Positions 55,140-63,311 of a stretch of 64,000 nucleotides of DNA are shown piece after piece. The notes under the pieces are model-generated. The model was given only the letters and a program-made list of their open reading frames with translations, made no database searches and was not told the DNA's origin. A program made the translations under genes and the position numbers. The DNA is taken from assembly GCA_965116025.1 (NCBI GenBank), contig OZ220480.1:160001-224000 (forward strand), given 5' to 3'. Position 1 is the first letter of the stretch, and each line of letters begins with the position of its first letter. Source of the DNA: an uncultured candidatus Porisulfidus sp. GTDB lineage: Bacteria; Pseudomonadota; Gammaproteobacteria; Poriferisulfidales; Poriferisulfidaceae.

Positions 55140-56063
55140 ATGGACGAAAAAGAATCCGCCTTGGTCGTCGCGGTCCGGGAACTAACCGTCGAGACCCGCC
55201 GGGCCCGACGCTGGCGGACCGCGTTTGGGCTGTTACCGGTTTTGGTTCTGTTTTTAGTGCTGCTCGCGGTTCTTGGAAACGAGACTTCCCTGCCGAGCCA
55301 GAGTCCGCACTCCGCCCGGATCGACGTGTCCGGTTTGATCGCGCCCCAAGCCCCGGCAGGCTCGGAGTTCGTGAACCAGTCGTTGCGGGCCGCGTTCGAG
55401 GAAGATCTGGCGAAAGGGGTGATTCTGTGGATCAACAGCCCCGGAGGGTCCCCGGTACAGGCGGATCGCATAGCCGTGGAGATCCAGAAGTTGAAAGCGG
55501 AATACCCAAGCAAGAAAATCTACGCGGTGGTCGAGGATCTGTGCGCCTCCGCCGCGTACTACATTGCCGTCGCGACGGACGAGATCTATGTGAACGAGAG
55601 CAGTCTGGTCGGCTCTATCGGGGTGATCGCTAGTGGGTTCGGCTTGGTAGATCTGATACGGGAGTGGGGCATCGAGCGGCGCGTGATCACGTCCGGGCGC
55701 CACAAGGCGATGTTGGACCCGTTTCTACCAATGGATCCGGAAGCCGAGGCGCATCTGCAGGCGATAGTGGACGAGGTCCATGGGCAGTTCCGGGATATCG
55801 TCAAGGAAGCGCGGGGGGATCGCTTGGTCGCGTCAGACGAGACGCTGTTCGATGGACGGATCTGGACGGGCGATCAGGCTTGGGAAATGGGGCTGGTGGA
55901 TGGATTCTCGGATGTCGAGCGAGTCGCGCGCGAGTTGATCGGTGCCGAGGATGTGGTGGATTACACCTACGAGCCGGATCTTTTGGAGCGCTTCGCGGAT
56001 CGAGTCGGGACCCGCGTTGGCCAGATCATGGAGGCCTGGTCGCGCGCGCCCGTCAGATTCTAG
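55140..56063 (+). CDS. S49 family peptidase (SppA-like)
   Basis: INSPGGSPV, CASAAYY, GSIGV. Confidence 0.93.
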   Translation: MDEKESALVVAVRELTVETRRARRWRTAFGLLPVLVLFLVLLAVLGNETSLPSQSPHSARIDVSGLIAPQAPAGSEFVNQSLRAAFEEDLAKGVILWINSPGGSPVQADRIAVEIQKLKAEYPSKKIYAVVEDLCASAAYYIAVATDEIYVNESSLVGSIGVIASGFGLVDLIREWGIERRVITSGRHKAMLDPFLPMDPEAEAHLQAIVDEVHGQFRDIVKEARGDRLVASDETLFDGRIWTGDQAWEMGLVDGFSDVERVARELIGAEDVVDYTYEPDLLERFADRVGTRVGQIMEAWSRAPVRF

Positions 56064-56668
56064 TCCGAGCCGGGAATCTCGAGCCCGGCATCCTGAAGCA
56101 ACTCGATCAGGCGGATCATCGGCAACCCAATCAGAGCGGTCGGGTCGTCGCCTATGATGTGATCCGTGAGGCTGGCTCCCAGTCCCTCGGATCTGAAACT
56201 CGCGGTGCAGTTGTATGGCCTCTCGCTTCGCAGGTAACGCTTGATTACGTCCTCGCTCAATTCCTTGTAACGTACCGTGTGGCGGGACTCGGAGTAGCGG
56301 CATACGCCGGCGCTGGTGTCCAGAAGGCATAGACCGGTCAGGAAAGCCACCTCCTGCCCGCTGAGCTGGCGTAGTTGCTCCACGGCCGCGCCATGCGTTC
56401 CCGGCTTGCCCAGCAACTTCCCGCTTAGCTCCGCGCACTGGTCGCTACTGATTATCAGGGAATCCGGGTGTCGGACCCCAACCTCCGCGGCCTTCTCATG
56501 GGCGAGCCGTCGCACGTAGTCCGAAACCCTCTCGCCTAGCCGCGGGGTCTCGTCGATATCGGGCGCGTCCACCGTGAAGTCTAGGCGCAAGCGTTCAAGA
56601 AGTTCTCGACGATAAGGAGAGCTGCTACCGAGCACGAGAGGACGCGTCGCCGCCATTTCGATCATCAT
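56060..56668 (-). CDS. Maf family nucleotide pyrophosphatase (YceF-type)
   Basis: LGSSSPYRRELL, IDETP, SSDQ, GKP, LIGLP. Confidence 0.92.
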   Translation of the reverse strand: MMIEMAATRPLVLGSSSPYRRELLERLRLDFTVDAPDIDETPRLGERVSDYVRRLAHEKAAEVGVRHPDSLIISSDQCAELSGKLLGKPGTHGAAVEQLRQLSGQEVAFLTGLCLLDTSAGVCRYSESRHTVRYKELSEDVIKRYLRSERPYNCTASFRSEGLGASLTDHIIGDDPTALIGLPMIRLIELLQDAGLEIPGSD

Positions 56669-58302
56669 GGCGAGAGACCGACAGGATTTTCGTTGGACAG
56701 CGGAGCTCGGTTCCATCGCGCGTCTCGCTTCCGGTCTGGATTCGCGATTACGTGCAAGTAGGAAGTGGCGCGGCTAAACCCGACGTAAGCGAATCGGTCT
56801 GGACTCTCTCCAGAAGGTCGGTCGAGCACCACGACCACCGCGAGGGATTCCAGTCCCTTAAAACGAGCGATCGTCTCGGTCACGATGCCATCGGCATCAT
56901 ACTGGCAAAAAACAGTGTCGGATACATCCATATCGAGGAGGCGATTCCGGAGAGACGGCGTTTCGCAAAGCACGACAATATCCTGCCGTTCAAAGTTCTC
57001 GGACAATAGGCGGTCAACGACTCGGCGTACGATCTTTTCTGGTTTCTGGGAAGGCTGGAGGTCCGTCCAGCGGGGTTTCGGACCGGATGCCCCGGAAGCG
57101 AGCGTGGTCGCCCCAGTGGTAGCCGCGACTCGCTCGGCGATCGGTTGCGCGTTTCGGCAGTTCATGGACAAATCGATCATCACGAAACCTTCGGGCGTGT
57201 CCCAGTCCCTTTCCCACAGTTTTTGGTCCTCATCCGCCAAAATCAGGAACGGAGTGTCCGAACCCCTTTCGCAAAGCGTCTGGAGCGCCTCGAGCCAAAG
57301 GCTGGAAAAGTCTTGGCCCTCATCAACGATGATCGCGTCGAATCGCGCGCCCGCCCGCTCCGCCGCGTCAACGAGAATATAAGGCACTTCCTTCTCCCAC
57401 CATTCCGCTTGAGGCGCGTCGGGAACCTCGACTCCGGCCTGGCGCGCCGTGGACATGCATAAGGCATGAAACGTGTGCGCCGCAACCCCCTCCAAGGAGG
57501 GGTCGTCCCCGAGTTTTTGACCAAGCAGTTTGTTGTAGCAGGTCAGCAGCACTCGATGACCCGACGCGTGAAGTTGCCTCGCTTTCTCGCAAGCGAGAAT
57601 CGTTTTTCCTGTGCCAGCCCCACCGAACACGACGACTCGCCGATTCCGGCGCATCATGTCAAGAACCCGAATCTGCTCCTCGGTCAAATTCACAAGGCGG
57701 ACCTTGGCATCGTGCGCCTCATCAGACAGGGTTCGCCGAACCTGGACGGTAGGCGCCAAGGCGTTAGCGATATCTTGGACTTGACGGAAGGATAAATCCG
57801 CGGAAAGCCGCCAATGAAGAACTACATCGCGAATGGCGGAAGGCGCGTCCGTCAAATGGCCCGCGTCCAACGCGATCGCTTTCGGGGCATCTGGACCCAA
57901 CAACGGCAATTCCCGCAAGTCAGGGAACCAAACGGCATGGCACGTCGGAACGCGACGCTCGAATCGCTCCGCTATGAACCGACCCAGAGCGGCCTTGGAC
58001 GCTACCGCCTGCTCAAACGGGTTTTTGATGTCGTGGACTTCCTCGTTTCGGTCCCGGGACTTCCAACGTCCGGCTTCGACGTGGACTCCTCCGCCCTTCA
58101 CCTCAAGCACGACGATCCCATGCGACCGATGAATCAGGACAAAATCCGCTTCTCCGTCGCCGGTCCGTCGCCCGCGCGGGCCCTGCCAAGCGACGGAGTG
58201 AAGCACCGTCCAATCATCGGATAGCGTAGACAGCGCGTCGTAGACCTTCCGTTCCGAATCGGCATCGACTCCGACTGTGGGGCAGGCGAATGTGATGGCC
58301 AT
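56665..58302 (-). CDS. NERD nuclease fused to an SF1 (UvrD-like) helicase
   Basis: SERKV...EADFV...LEVKGG...NPFEQA; GGAGTGKT, IVDEGQD, NCRN, FKGLE, YVGFSRA. Confidence 0.88.
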   Translation of the reverse strand: MAITFACPTVGVDADSERKVYDALSTLSDDWTVLHSVAWQGPRGRRTGDGEADFVLIHRSHGIVVLEVKGGGVHVEAGRWKSRDRNEEVHDIKNPFEQAVASKAALGRFIAERFERRVPTCHAVWFPDLRELPLLGPDAPKAIALDAGHLTDAPSAIRDVVLHWRLSADLSFRQVQDIANALAPTVQVRRTLSDEAHDAKVRLVNLTEEQIRVLDMMRRNRRVVVFGGAGTGKTILACEKARQLHASGHRVLLTCYNKLLGQKLGDDPSLEGVAAHTFHALCMSTARQAGVEVPDAPQAEWWEKEVPYILVDAAERAGARFDAIIVDEGQDFSSLWLEALQTLCERGSDTPFLILADEDQKLWERDWDTPEGFVMIDLSMNCRNAQPIAERVAATTGATTLASGASGPKPRWTDLQPSQKPEKIVRRVVDRLLSENFERQDIVVLCETPSLRNRLLDMDVSDTVFCQYDADGIVTETIARFKGLESLAVVVVLDRPSGESPDRFAYVGFSRATSYLHVIANPDRKRDARWNRAPLSNENPVGLSP

Positions 58303-58772
58303 GACCGTGGCGTTTCCGTTCGACTCCGGCTCACCCGAAGTCAATCATGAATTCGATCAAGAGCGCGCGCCAAGGGCCGCGGTCAGATTCCGGAAAACTT
58401 GAGGAATCAATAGTTCGCCAAGAGGTCTTGAACGTCGACTTGAAGTCAAGCAAGCCCGGCGTGCCCGGAAAAAGAAAGATATCGCGTCTTGAGCCATGCT
58501 CGAGATGGAAATCCCTCCTTCTTGCGGCATTTCACTCGGGGTGGTTTCTTTCGGGATAGGAAAAGGCAAAGTGCCAACATGTTACTCAATAGATCGCTGG
58601 CGTTTCTCCGGCTCTACGGCGTTGGCCGCGAAAGGACCAGATCATGTGAAAGAGGGATCAAAGCTGGGTGGGAAATACAAACGAACGCATAGCCGAGTCT
58701 CTAACTCGTGATGCGTGGTCGATTATAAATCACGCGCGATCATCATGAGCGCGGACGCGCTCGATATCCAAA

Positions 58773-60602
58773 TTGGCCCGAGCACGGGATTCCGTAGCAA
58801 TCTCATTTCTAATCCCATTGACGCTGCTGGCGGCGTCGCTGTCGGCGCTGTCGCTGTCGGCGCGGGCGGAGACGATCAACCTGTACGGGTGGCAGAACCA
58901 CTCGTGGGAGTTCGTGGACATCGACGGCGGGCGCAGCTTCGACCGCATTCAGTCGAACGCCGGGAACATCGGCTTCTCGGCCAGCGTGGACACCGGCATG
59001 AGCGACATAAAGGTGAACCTGCAGTGCGAGCAGTTCACCTACTACAACCACTTCGCCGGCGGCACCGGCTGGTGCAACCGCAACTCCAAGATCGGGCTGG
59101 CGCATCCGATGGCCGGCGAGATCATGTTCGCCACCTGGCTGCTGCCGTACAACGAGGGCGTGGCCCAATGGGTGGACCCGTTCTACGACGCCGGGGCCGA
59201 CTCGCACACCAGCATCATGGGCTCGGTCGGGGCCAACACCATCTTCTACAACACCGGCGACTTCGACCAGCAGGCGTCGGCGTCCAATCCTGGCACTGGC
59301 TTCTCCGGCAACGAGTTCAACTACGCCGGGGGCGGCTACGACACCGGCTTCAACCGGCGCCAGGAGAACATCATCCAGTACTGGTCGCCGAACTGGAACG
59401 GCTTCGTGTTCCGCTTCGCCTGGACGGCCGGCAATCGCGACGAGACCCACGCGCTCAAGGACGCCAAAGGTAATTACGCGGCCGGCCCCAAGATCGACCC
59501 GGTGATCCGCTCGAGCAGCCTGGCGTACACGAACGGCCCGCTGTGGCTGGCGGCGACCTGGCAGGACCACGAGGACTGGACGGCGGTCTCGGTCGGGGAG
59601 ATGGAGAGCTCGGACGCGGAGAGCTTCCGTCTGGCCGGGCGCTACATCATGGACCTGGGCGACGGCATGAGCGTTCAATTGTCCGCCATGTGGGAGACCT
59701 TGGAGTACGAGTTCCACGGCGTGACCACCATCGATAAGGCCATGAAGGCGTTCGGGTATGGGAATTTCATGGATTCTTACGAGTTGAGCGTCACGGATGC
59801 GGAGATAATGAAGAAGAAGACCCAAGGGCTGGCGCTCGATATCTTGACGGATGAGAAGGGCATGCTGATTCCTATGGGGGACACGGCGCGGGGTTTATAT
59901 GGGGAGCAGGTTAAAACCACTATGAGCCTGTACACCGCATACATGGGTGAGATAGACACCGTAACCTCCACCAGCTTGAACTTGGTCGCTGAACGCAGAA
60001 CTGTGGTCGACTGGAACGACTATTACAAAGAGGCGCCTGATAATCCTGTTAAAGTCAGCACTACCGCCATGCGAACCGGGTCCCAAAATGTCATGCTTTT
60101 CACGACCATGCTGAGCACGACTACGCTGAACGCGGCCAAAACGGCCGCGGAGGAGGCCAAAAAGAAGGATATGGATGATCGAACGGGCGAGGACAAATCG
60201 AAAATCAAGTTCTATGACGACCTGGTCTCGATGGCGAAATCCCGAGCCCGCGACGAGAAGAGCATGGGCGGGAACGTGAAGATCGAGCGAGACGCCTGGA
60301 TGGTGTCGGGCAAGATCAAGTTCGGCGGCCCGCTGGACTTCCGCTTCTCCTACATGGACGCCGACGACCTGGAACTGTCGTGCAACTACTGCATGGGAGA
60401 CTGGGACGAGACGGCGGCGGACGCCTGGAACGTCGGGGTGTTCTACACGATGCCGGCGGGGACCGAGCTGCGGCTGACGTATTCGGAAGTCAACAACGAC
60501 GACAACGGGACCTACGGGCAGGGCATCTCGGGGACTGGCTTGGGAGTGGCTGGCGCGGAGATCGAGATGTTCGCGCTGGGGATCGTGCACTGGTTCGACT
60601 GA
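58773..60602 (+). CDS. Porin-like protein copy 3 (head type B, insert X); no ATG, start doubtful
   Basis: Paralogue of copy 1 with ATC where copies 1/2 have ATG; only TTG starts with no SD; insert at 59727-60272. Confidence 0.75.
   Translation: MARARDSVAISFLIPLTLLAASLSALSLSARAETINLYGWQNHSWEFVDIDGGRSFDRIQSNAGNIGFSASVDTGMSDIKVNLQCEQFTYYNHFAGGTGWCNRNSKIGLAHPMAGEIMFATWLLPYNEGVAQWVDPFYDAGADSHTSIMGSVGANTIFYNTGDFDQQASASNPGTGFSGNEFNYAGGGYDTGFNRRQENIIQYWSPNWNGFVFRFAWTAGNRDETHALKDAKGNYAAGPKIDPVIRSSSLAYTNGPLWLAATWQDHEDWTAVSVGEMESSDAESFRLAGRYIMDLGDGMSVQLSAMWETLEYEFHGVTTIDKAMKAFGYGNFMDSYELSVTDAEIMKKKTQGLALDILTDEKGMLIPMGDTARGLYGEQVKTTMSLYTAYMGEIDTVTSTSLNLVAERRTVVDWNDYYKEAPDNPVKVSTTAMRTGSQNVMLFTTMLSTTTLNAAKTAAEEAKKKDMDDRTGEDKSKIKFYDDLVSMAKSRARDEKSMGGNVKIERDAWMVSGKIKFGGPLDFRFSYMDADDLELSCNYCMGDWDETAADAWNVGVFYTMPAGTELRLTYSEVNNDDNGTYGQGISGTGLGVAGAEIEMFALGIVHWFD
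58804..58820 (+). other. Shared 5' junction motif, site 3 (CATTTCTAATCCCATTG)
   Basis: Point where homology to the other copies begins. Confidence 0.55.
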
Positions 60603-60623
60603 CCCTTCGTCATCCACGAAGCG

Positions 60624-60652
60624 AGCGGGCGCCCTCGGGCGCCCGCTTTCTT
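60624..60652 (+). terminator. Intrinsic terminator of porin copy 3
   Basis: AGCGGGCGCC-CTCG-GGCGCCCGCT-TTCTT. Confidence 0.85.
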
Positions 60653-61176
60653 GTGGGCTCAGGAATTCCTGACAGGTCCGCCACCAGGCGGGACCAAGAC
60701 GATGGCCAGCCTCGAGACCGAGACGGACCCGCTTCGGACTACCCCCCGAATGCTTGGAGTGGCTCCACGGAAGCCGTGAGGGAAACTCCGGTTTCAGGCT
60801 TTCATCAAAGACTGTGCACCCGATATTCTTGAGAAAGGAGTTCCGGGGACCGATGGACTTGTGAAAGCCTTGGTTCACCCACCGCGCGAGCGAGACGCGT
60901 CGCGCGAAGTCCACTCGATCAAGGGCGATGGCCCTCTCGCTCTTTTCCTCCCCGAGGCGCGCGCTGACCCGAACCCTCCGGTTTCCCGCCGCCTCGCCTG
61001 GATTCCAGCTATACCGAGAATTCTCGGTCCTCCATCACTTTGTCGTGGATTGGGTCATCCCGATCTCGCCCGCCGCGAGCGAATGGCCTTCCGAGCGTGT
61101 GGCGGGCGCGGCGAAGCCAGGTCTCGCGCCGCCGGCGCTGGCCCGACTCCCGATCTGGCCGCGAAACGCCGGATCC

Positions 61177-61206
61177 AAAGAAAGCGGGCGCCCGAAGGCG
61201 CCCGCT
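61177..61206 (-). terminator. Intrinsic terminator of porin copy 4
   Basis: Same stem, UUCG loop and TTCTTT on the minus strand. Confidence 0.88.
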
Positions 61207-61228
61207 CGCTGTCGTGAATGACGAAGGG

Positions 61229-63151
61229 TCAGTCGAACCAGTGCACGATCCCCAGCGCGAACATCTCGATCTCCGCCCCCGGCGTCCCCAGGCCAGTCCC
61301 CGAGATGCCCTGCCCGTAGGTCCCGTTGTCGTCGTTGTTGACTTCCGAATACGTCAGCCGCAGCTCGGTCCCCGCCGGCATCGTGTAGAACACCCCGACG
61401 TTCCAGGCGTCCGCCGCCGTCTCGTCCCAGTCTCCCATGCAGTAGTTGCATGACAGCTCCAGGTCGTCGGCGTCCATGTAGGAGAAGCGGAAGTCCAGCG
61501 GGCCGCCGAACTTGATCTTGCCCGACACCATCCAGGCGTCCCGCTCGATCTTCACGCTCGACCCCATGGTCTGCTCCAGCTTGGCGGCAGCATATTTTTC
61601 CTTGCCCTCCTCGTATGCCGTCATGGCATCGTCGTAGGCTTTCTTAGCCTCGTTGTACTTCTCGTCATATGGCCTCATGGCCTCCTCCTTGACCTTCGCC
61701 ACGTATTCCTTGTACCAGTCAGCGCCTGTTTTGTCGCCCGAATATTTCGTGGTCGATGTCTTTAAAGTATTCAGTGTCGTGGAGCTCAGTTTGGTGGTAA
61801 CGAGCGTTCGCAGCGCCTGATCCGTTCCTATAGTGTTAAGTCTATAGTATTGAACCAGCTTTCTCCGATGTACGAGGCCAGAACCCCATTGCGCTAGCTC
61901 TGTGTGGAAGCTGCCTTGGAGAGTACTTAATTCCTTGGGCACCGCGATATTACTGAGGCTTGATGTCGCGCTCTTGCTATCCACTGGAATGGTCCGCCAG
62001 TACCCGCTCTCGTCAAGCAACATCTCCATCGCAAGCCCTTGGGTCATCTGCGCGTCGATCTCGGCTTGGGTGGCCATCCCTCGTTCAGGCTTCGTCGTGG
62101 TCGGCTTCGTCGGCATGTCCATGTCGGCGGGGGCCATGACCTTCATGTCGTAGTAGGTCTTCTCGAAATGGTTGATGTTGGGATCGGTGCCGCCGTACCC
62201 GAACGCCTTCATGGCCTTGTTAATGTCGGTCACGCCGTGGAACTCGTACTCCAAAGTCTCCCACATGGCCGACAATTGAACGCTCATGCCGTCGCCCAGG
62301 TCCATGATGTAGCGCCCGGCCAGACGGAAGCTCTCCGCGTCCGAGCTCTCCATCTCCCCGACCGAGACCGCCGTCCAGTCCTCGTGGTCCTGCCAGGTCG
62401 CCGCCAGCCACAGCGGGCCGTTCGTGTACGCCAGGCTGCTCGAGCGGATCACCGGGTCGATCTTGGGGCCGGCCGCGTACTTGCCCTCGGCGTTCTTGAG
62501 CGCGTGGGTCTCGTCGCGATTGCCGGCCGTCCAGGCGAAGCGGAACACGAAGCCGTTCCAGTTCGGCGACCAGTACTGGATGATGTTCTCCTGGCGCCGG
62601 TTGAAGCCGGTGTCGTAGCCGCCCCCGGCGTAGTTGAACTCGTTGCCGGAGAAGCCAGTGCCAGGATTGGACGCCGACGCCTGCTGGTCGAAGTCGCCGG
62701 TGTTGTAGAAGATGGTGTTGGCCCCGACCGAGCCCATGATGCTGGTGTGCGAGTCGGCCCCGGCGTCGTAGAACGGGTCCACCCACTGGGCCACGCCCTC
62801 GTTGTACGGCAGCAGCCAGGTGGCGAACATGATCTCGCCGGCCATCGGGTGCGCCAGCCCGATCTTGGAGTTGCGGTTGCACCAGCCGGTGCCGCCGGCG
62901 AAGTGGTTGTAGTAGGTGAACTGCTCGCACTGCAGGTTCACCTTTATGTCGCTCATGCCGGTGTCCACGCTGGCCGAGAAGCCGATGTTCCCGGCGTTCG
63001 ACTGGATGCGGTCGAAGCTGCGCCCGCCGTCGATGTCCACGAACTCCCACGAGTGGTTCTGCCACCCGTACAGGTTGATCGTCTCCGCCCGCGCCGACAG
63101 CGACAGCGCCGACAGCGACGCCGCCAGCAGCGTCAATGGGATTAGAAATGG
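61229..63151 (-). CDS. Porin-like protein copy 4 (head B, insert Y'); no ATG, start doubtful
   Basis: Open frame throughout; 223-aa insert at 61559-62227. The ORF-track extension to 63307 is unrelated sequence. Confidence 0.75.
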   Translation of the reverse strand, partial: PFLIPLTLLAASLSALSLSARAETINLYGWQNHSWEFVDIDGGRSFDRIQSNAGNIGFSASVDTGMSDIKVNLQCEQFTYYNHFAGGTGWCNRNSKIGLAHPMAGEIMFATWLLPYNEGVAQWVDPFYDAGADSHTSIMGSVGANTIFYNTGDFDQQASASNPGTGFSGNEFNYAGGGYDTGFNRRQENIIQYWSPNWNGFVFRFAWTAGNRDETHALKNAEGKYAAGPKIDPVIRSSSLAYTNGPLWLAATWQDHEDWTAVSVGEMESSDAESFRLAGRYIMDLGDGMSVQLSAMWETLEYEFHGVTDINKAMKAFGYGGTDPNINHFEKTYYDMKVMAPADMDMPTKPTTTKPERGMATQAEIDAQMTQGLAMEMLLDESGYWRTIPVDSKSATSSLSNIAVPKELSTLQGSFHTELAQWGSGLVHRRKLVQYYRLNTIGTDQALRTLVTTKLSSTTLNTLKTSTTKYSGDKTGADWYKEYVAKVKEEAMRPYDEKYNEAKKAYDDAMTAYEEGKEKYAAAKLEQTMGSSVKIERDAWMVSGKIKFGGPLDFRFSYMDADDLELSCNYCMGDWDETAADAWNVGVFYTMPAGTELRLTYSEVNNDDNGTYGQGISGTGLGTPGAEIEMFALGIVHWFD

Positions 63152-63160
63152 TATCTCCTC
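63134..63160 (-). other. Shared 5' junction motif, site 4, preceded by SD-like GAGGAG
   Basis: Minus strand reads GAGGAGATACCATTTCTAATCCCATTG. Confidence 0.55.
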
Positions 63161-63311
63161 GAAATCCCAATCCCACCGAGAACCATGATGACCATGCGCC
63201 CCAAGACTCCGCCCAAGAGACCGTGGAAACCGAAATCCACCGATCCCCGGAGCATGGGAAACTGAGACGAAACCATGGCTGATTCTGAAACTTCGGGATG
63301 ACTCCAACTCA

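Larger units (their letters stand above)
58804..63150. repeat. Long inverted repeat pair 2: 58804-59726 with 62228-63150, and about 60276-60652 with 61177-61555
   Basis: Direct comparison of copy 3 with the reverse complement of copy 4. Confidence 0.95.

Noticed and set aside
58565-58580. Sigma-54 promoter (TGGCAC on the minus strand)
   Set aside because: TTGC is at the wrong spacing for a -24/-12 element.
35986-62227. Diversity-generating retroelement as the source of porin variation
   Set aside because: No reverse transcriptase, and the differences include indels and wholesale divergence rather than an adenine-specific TR/VR pair.
63152-63307. N-terminal extension of porin copy 4 in the ORF track (also the extensions of hda, hisD, gmhA and DUF1326/2182)
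   Set aside because: Not homologous to the other copies, not signal-like, or overlapping real genes; longest-ORF artefacts.
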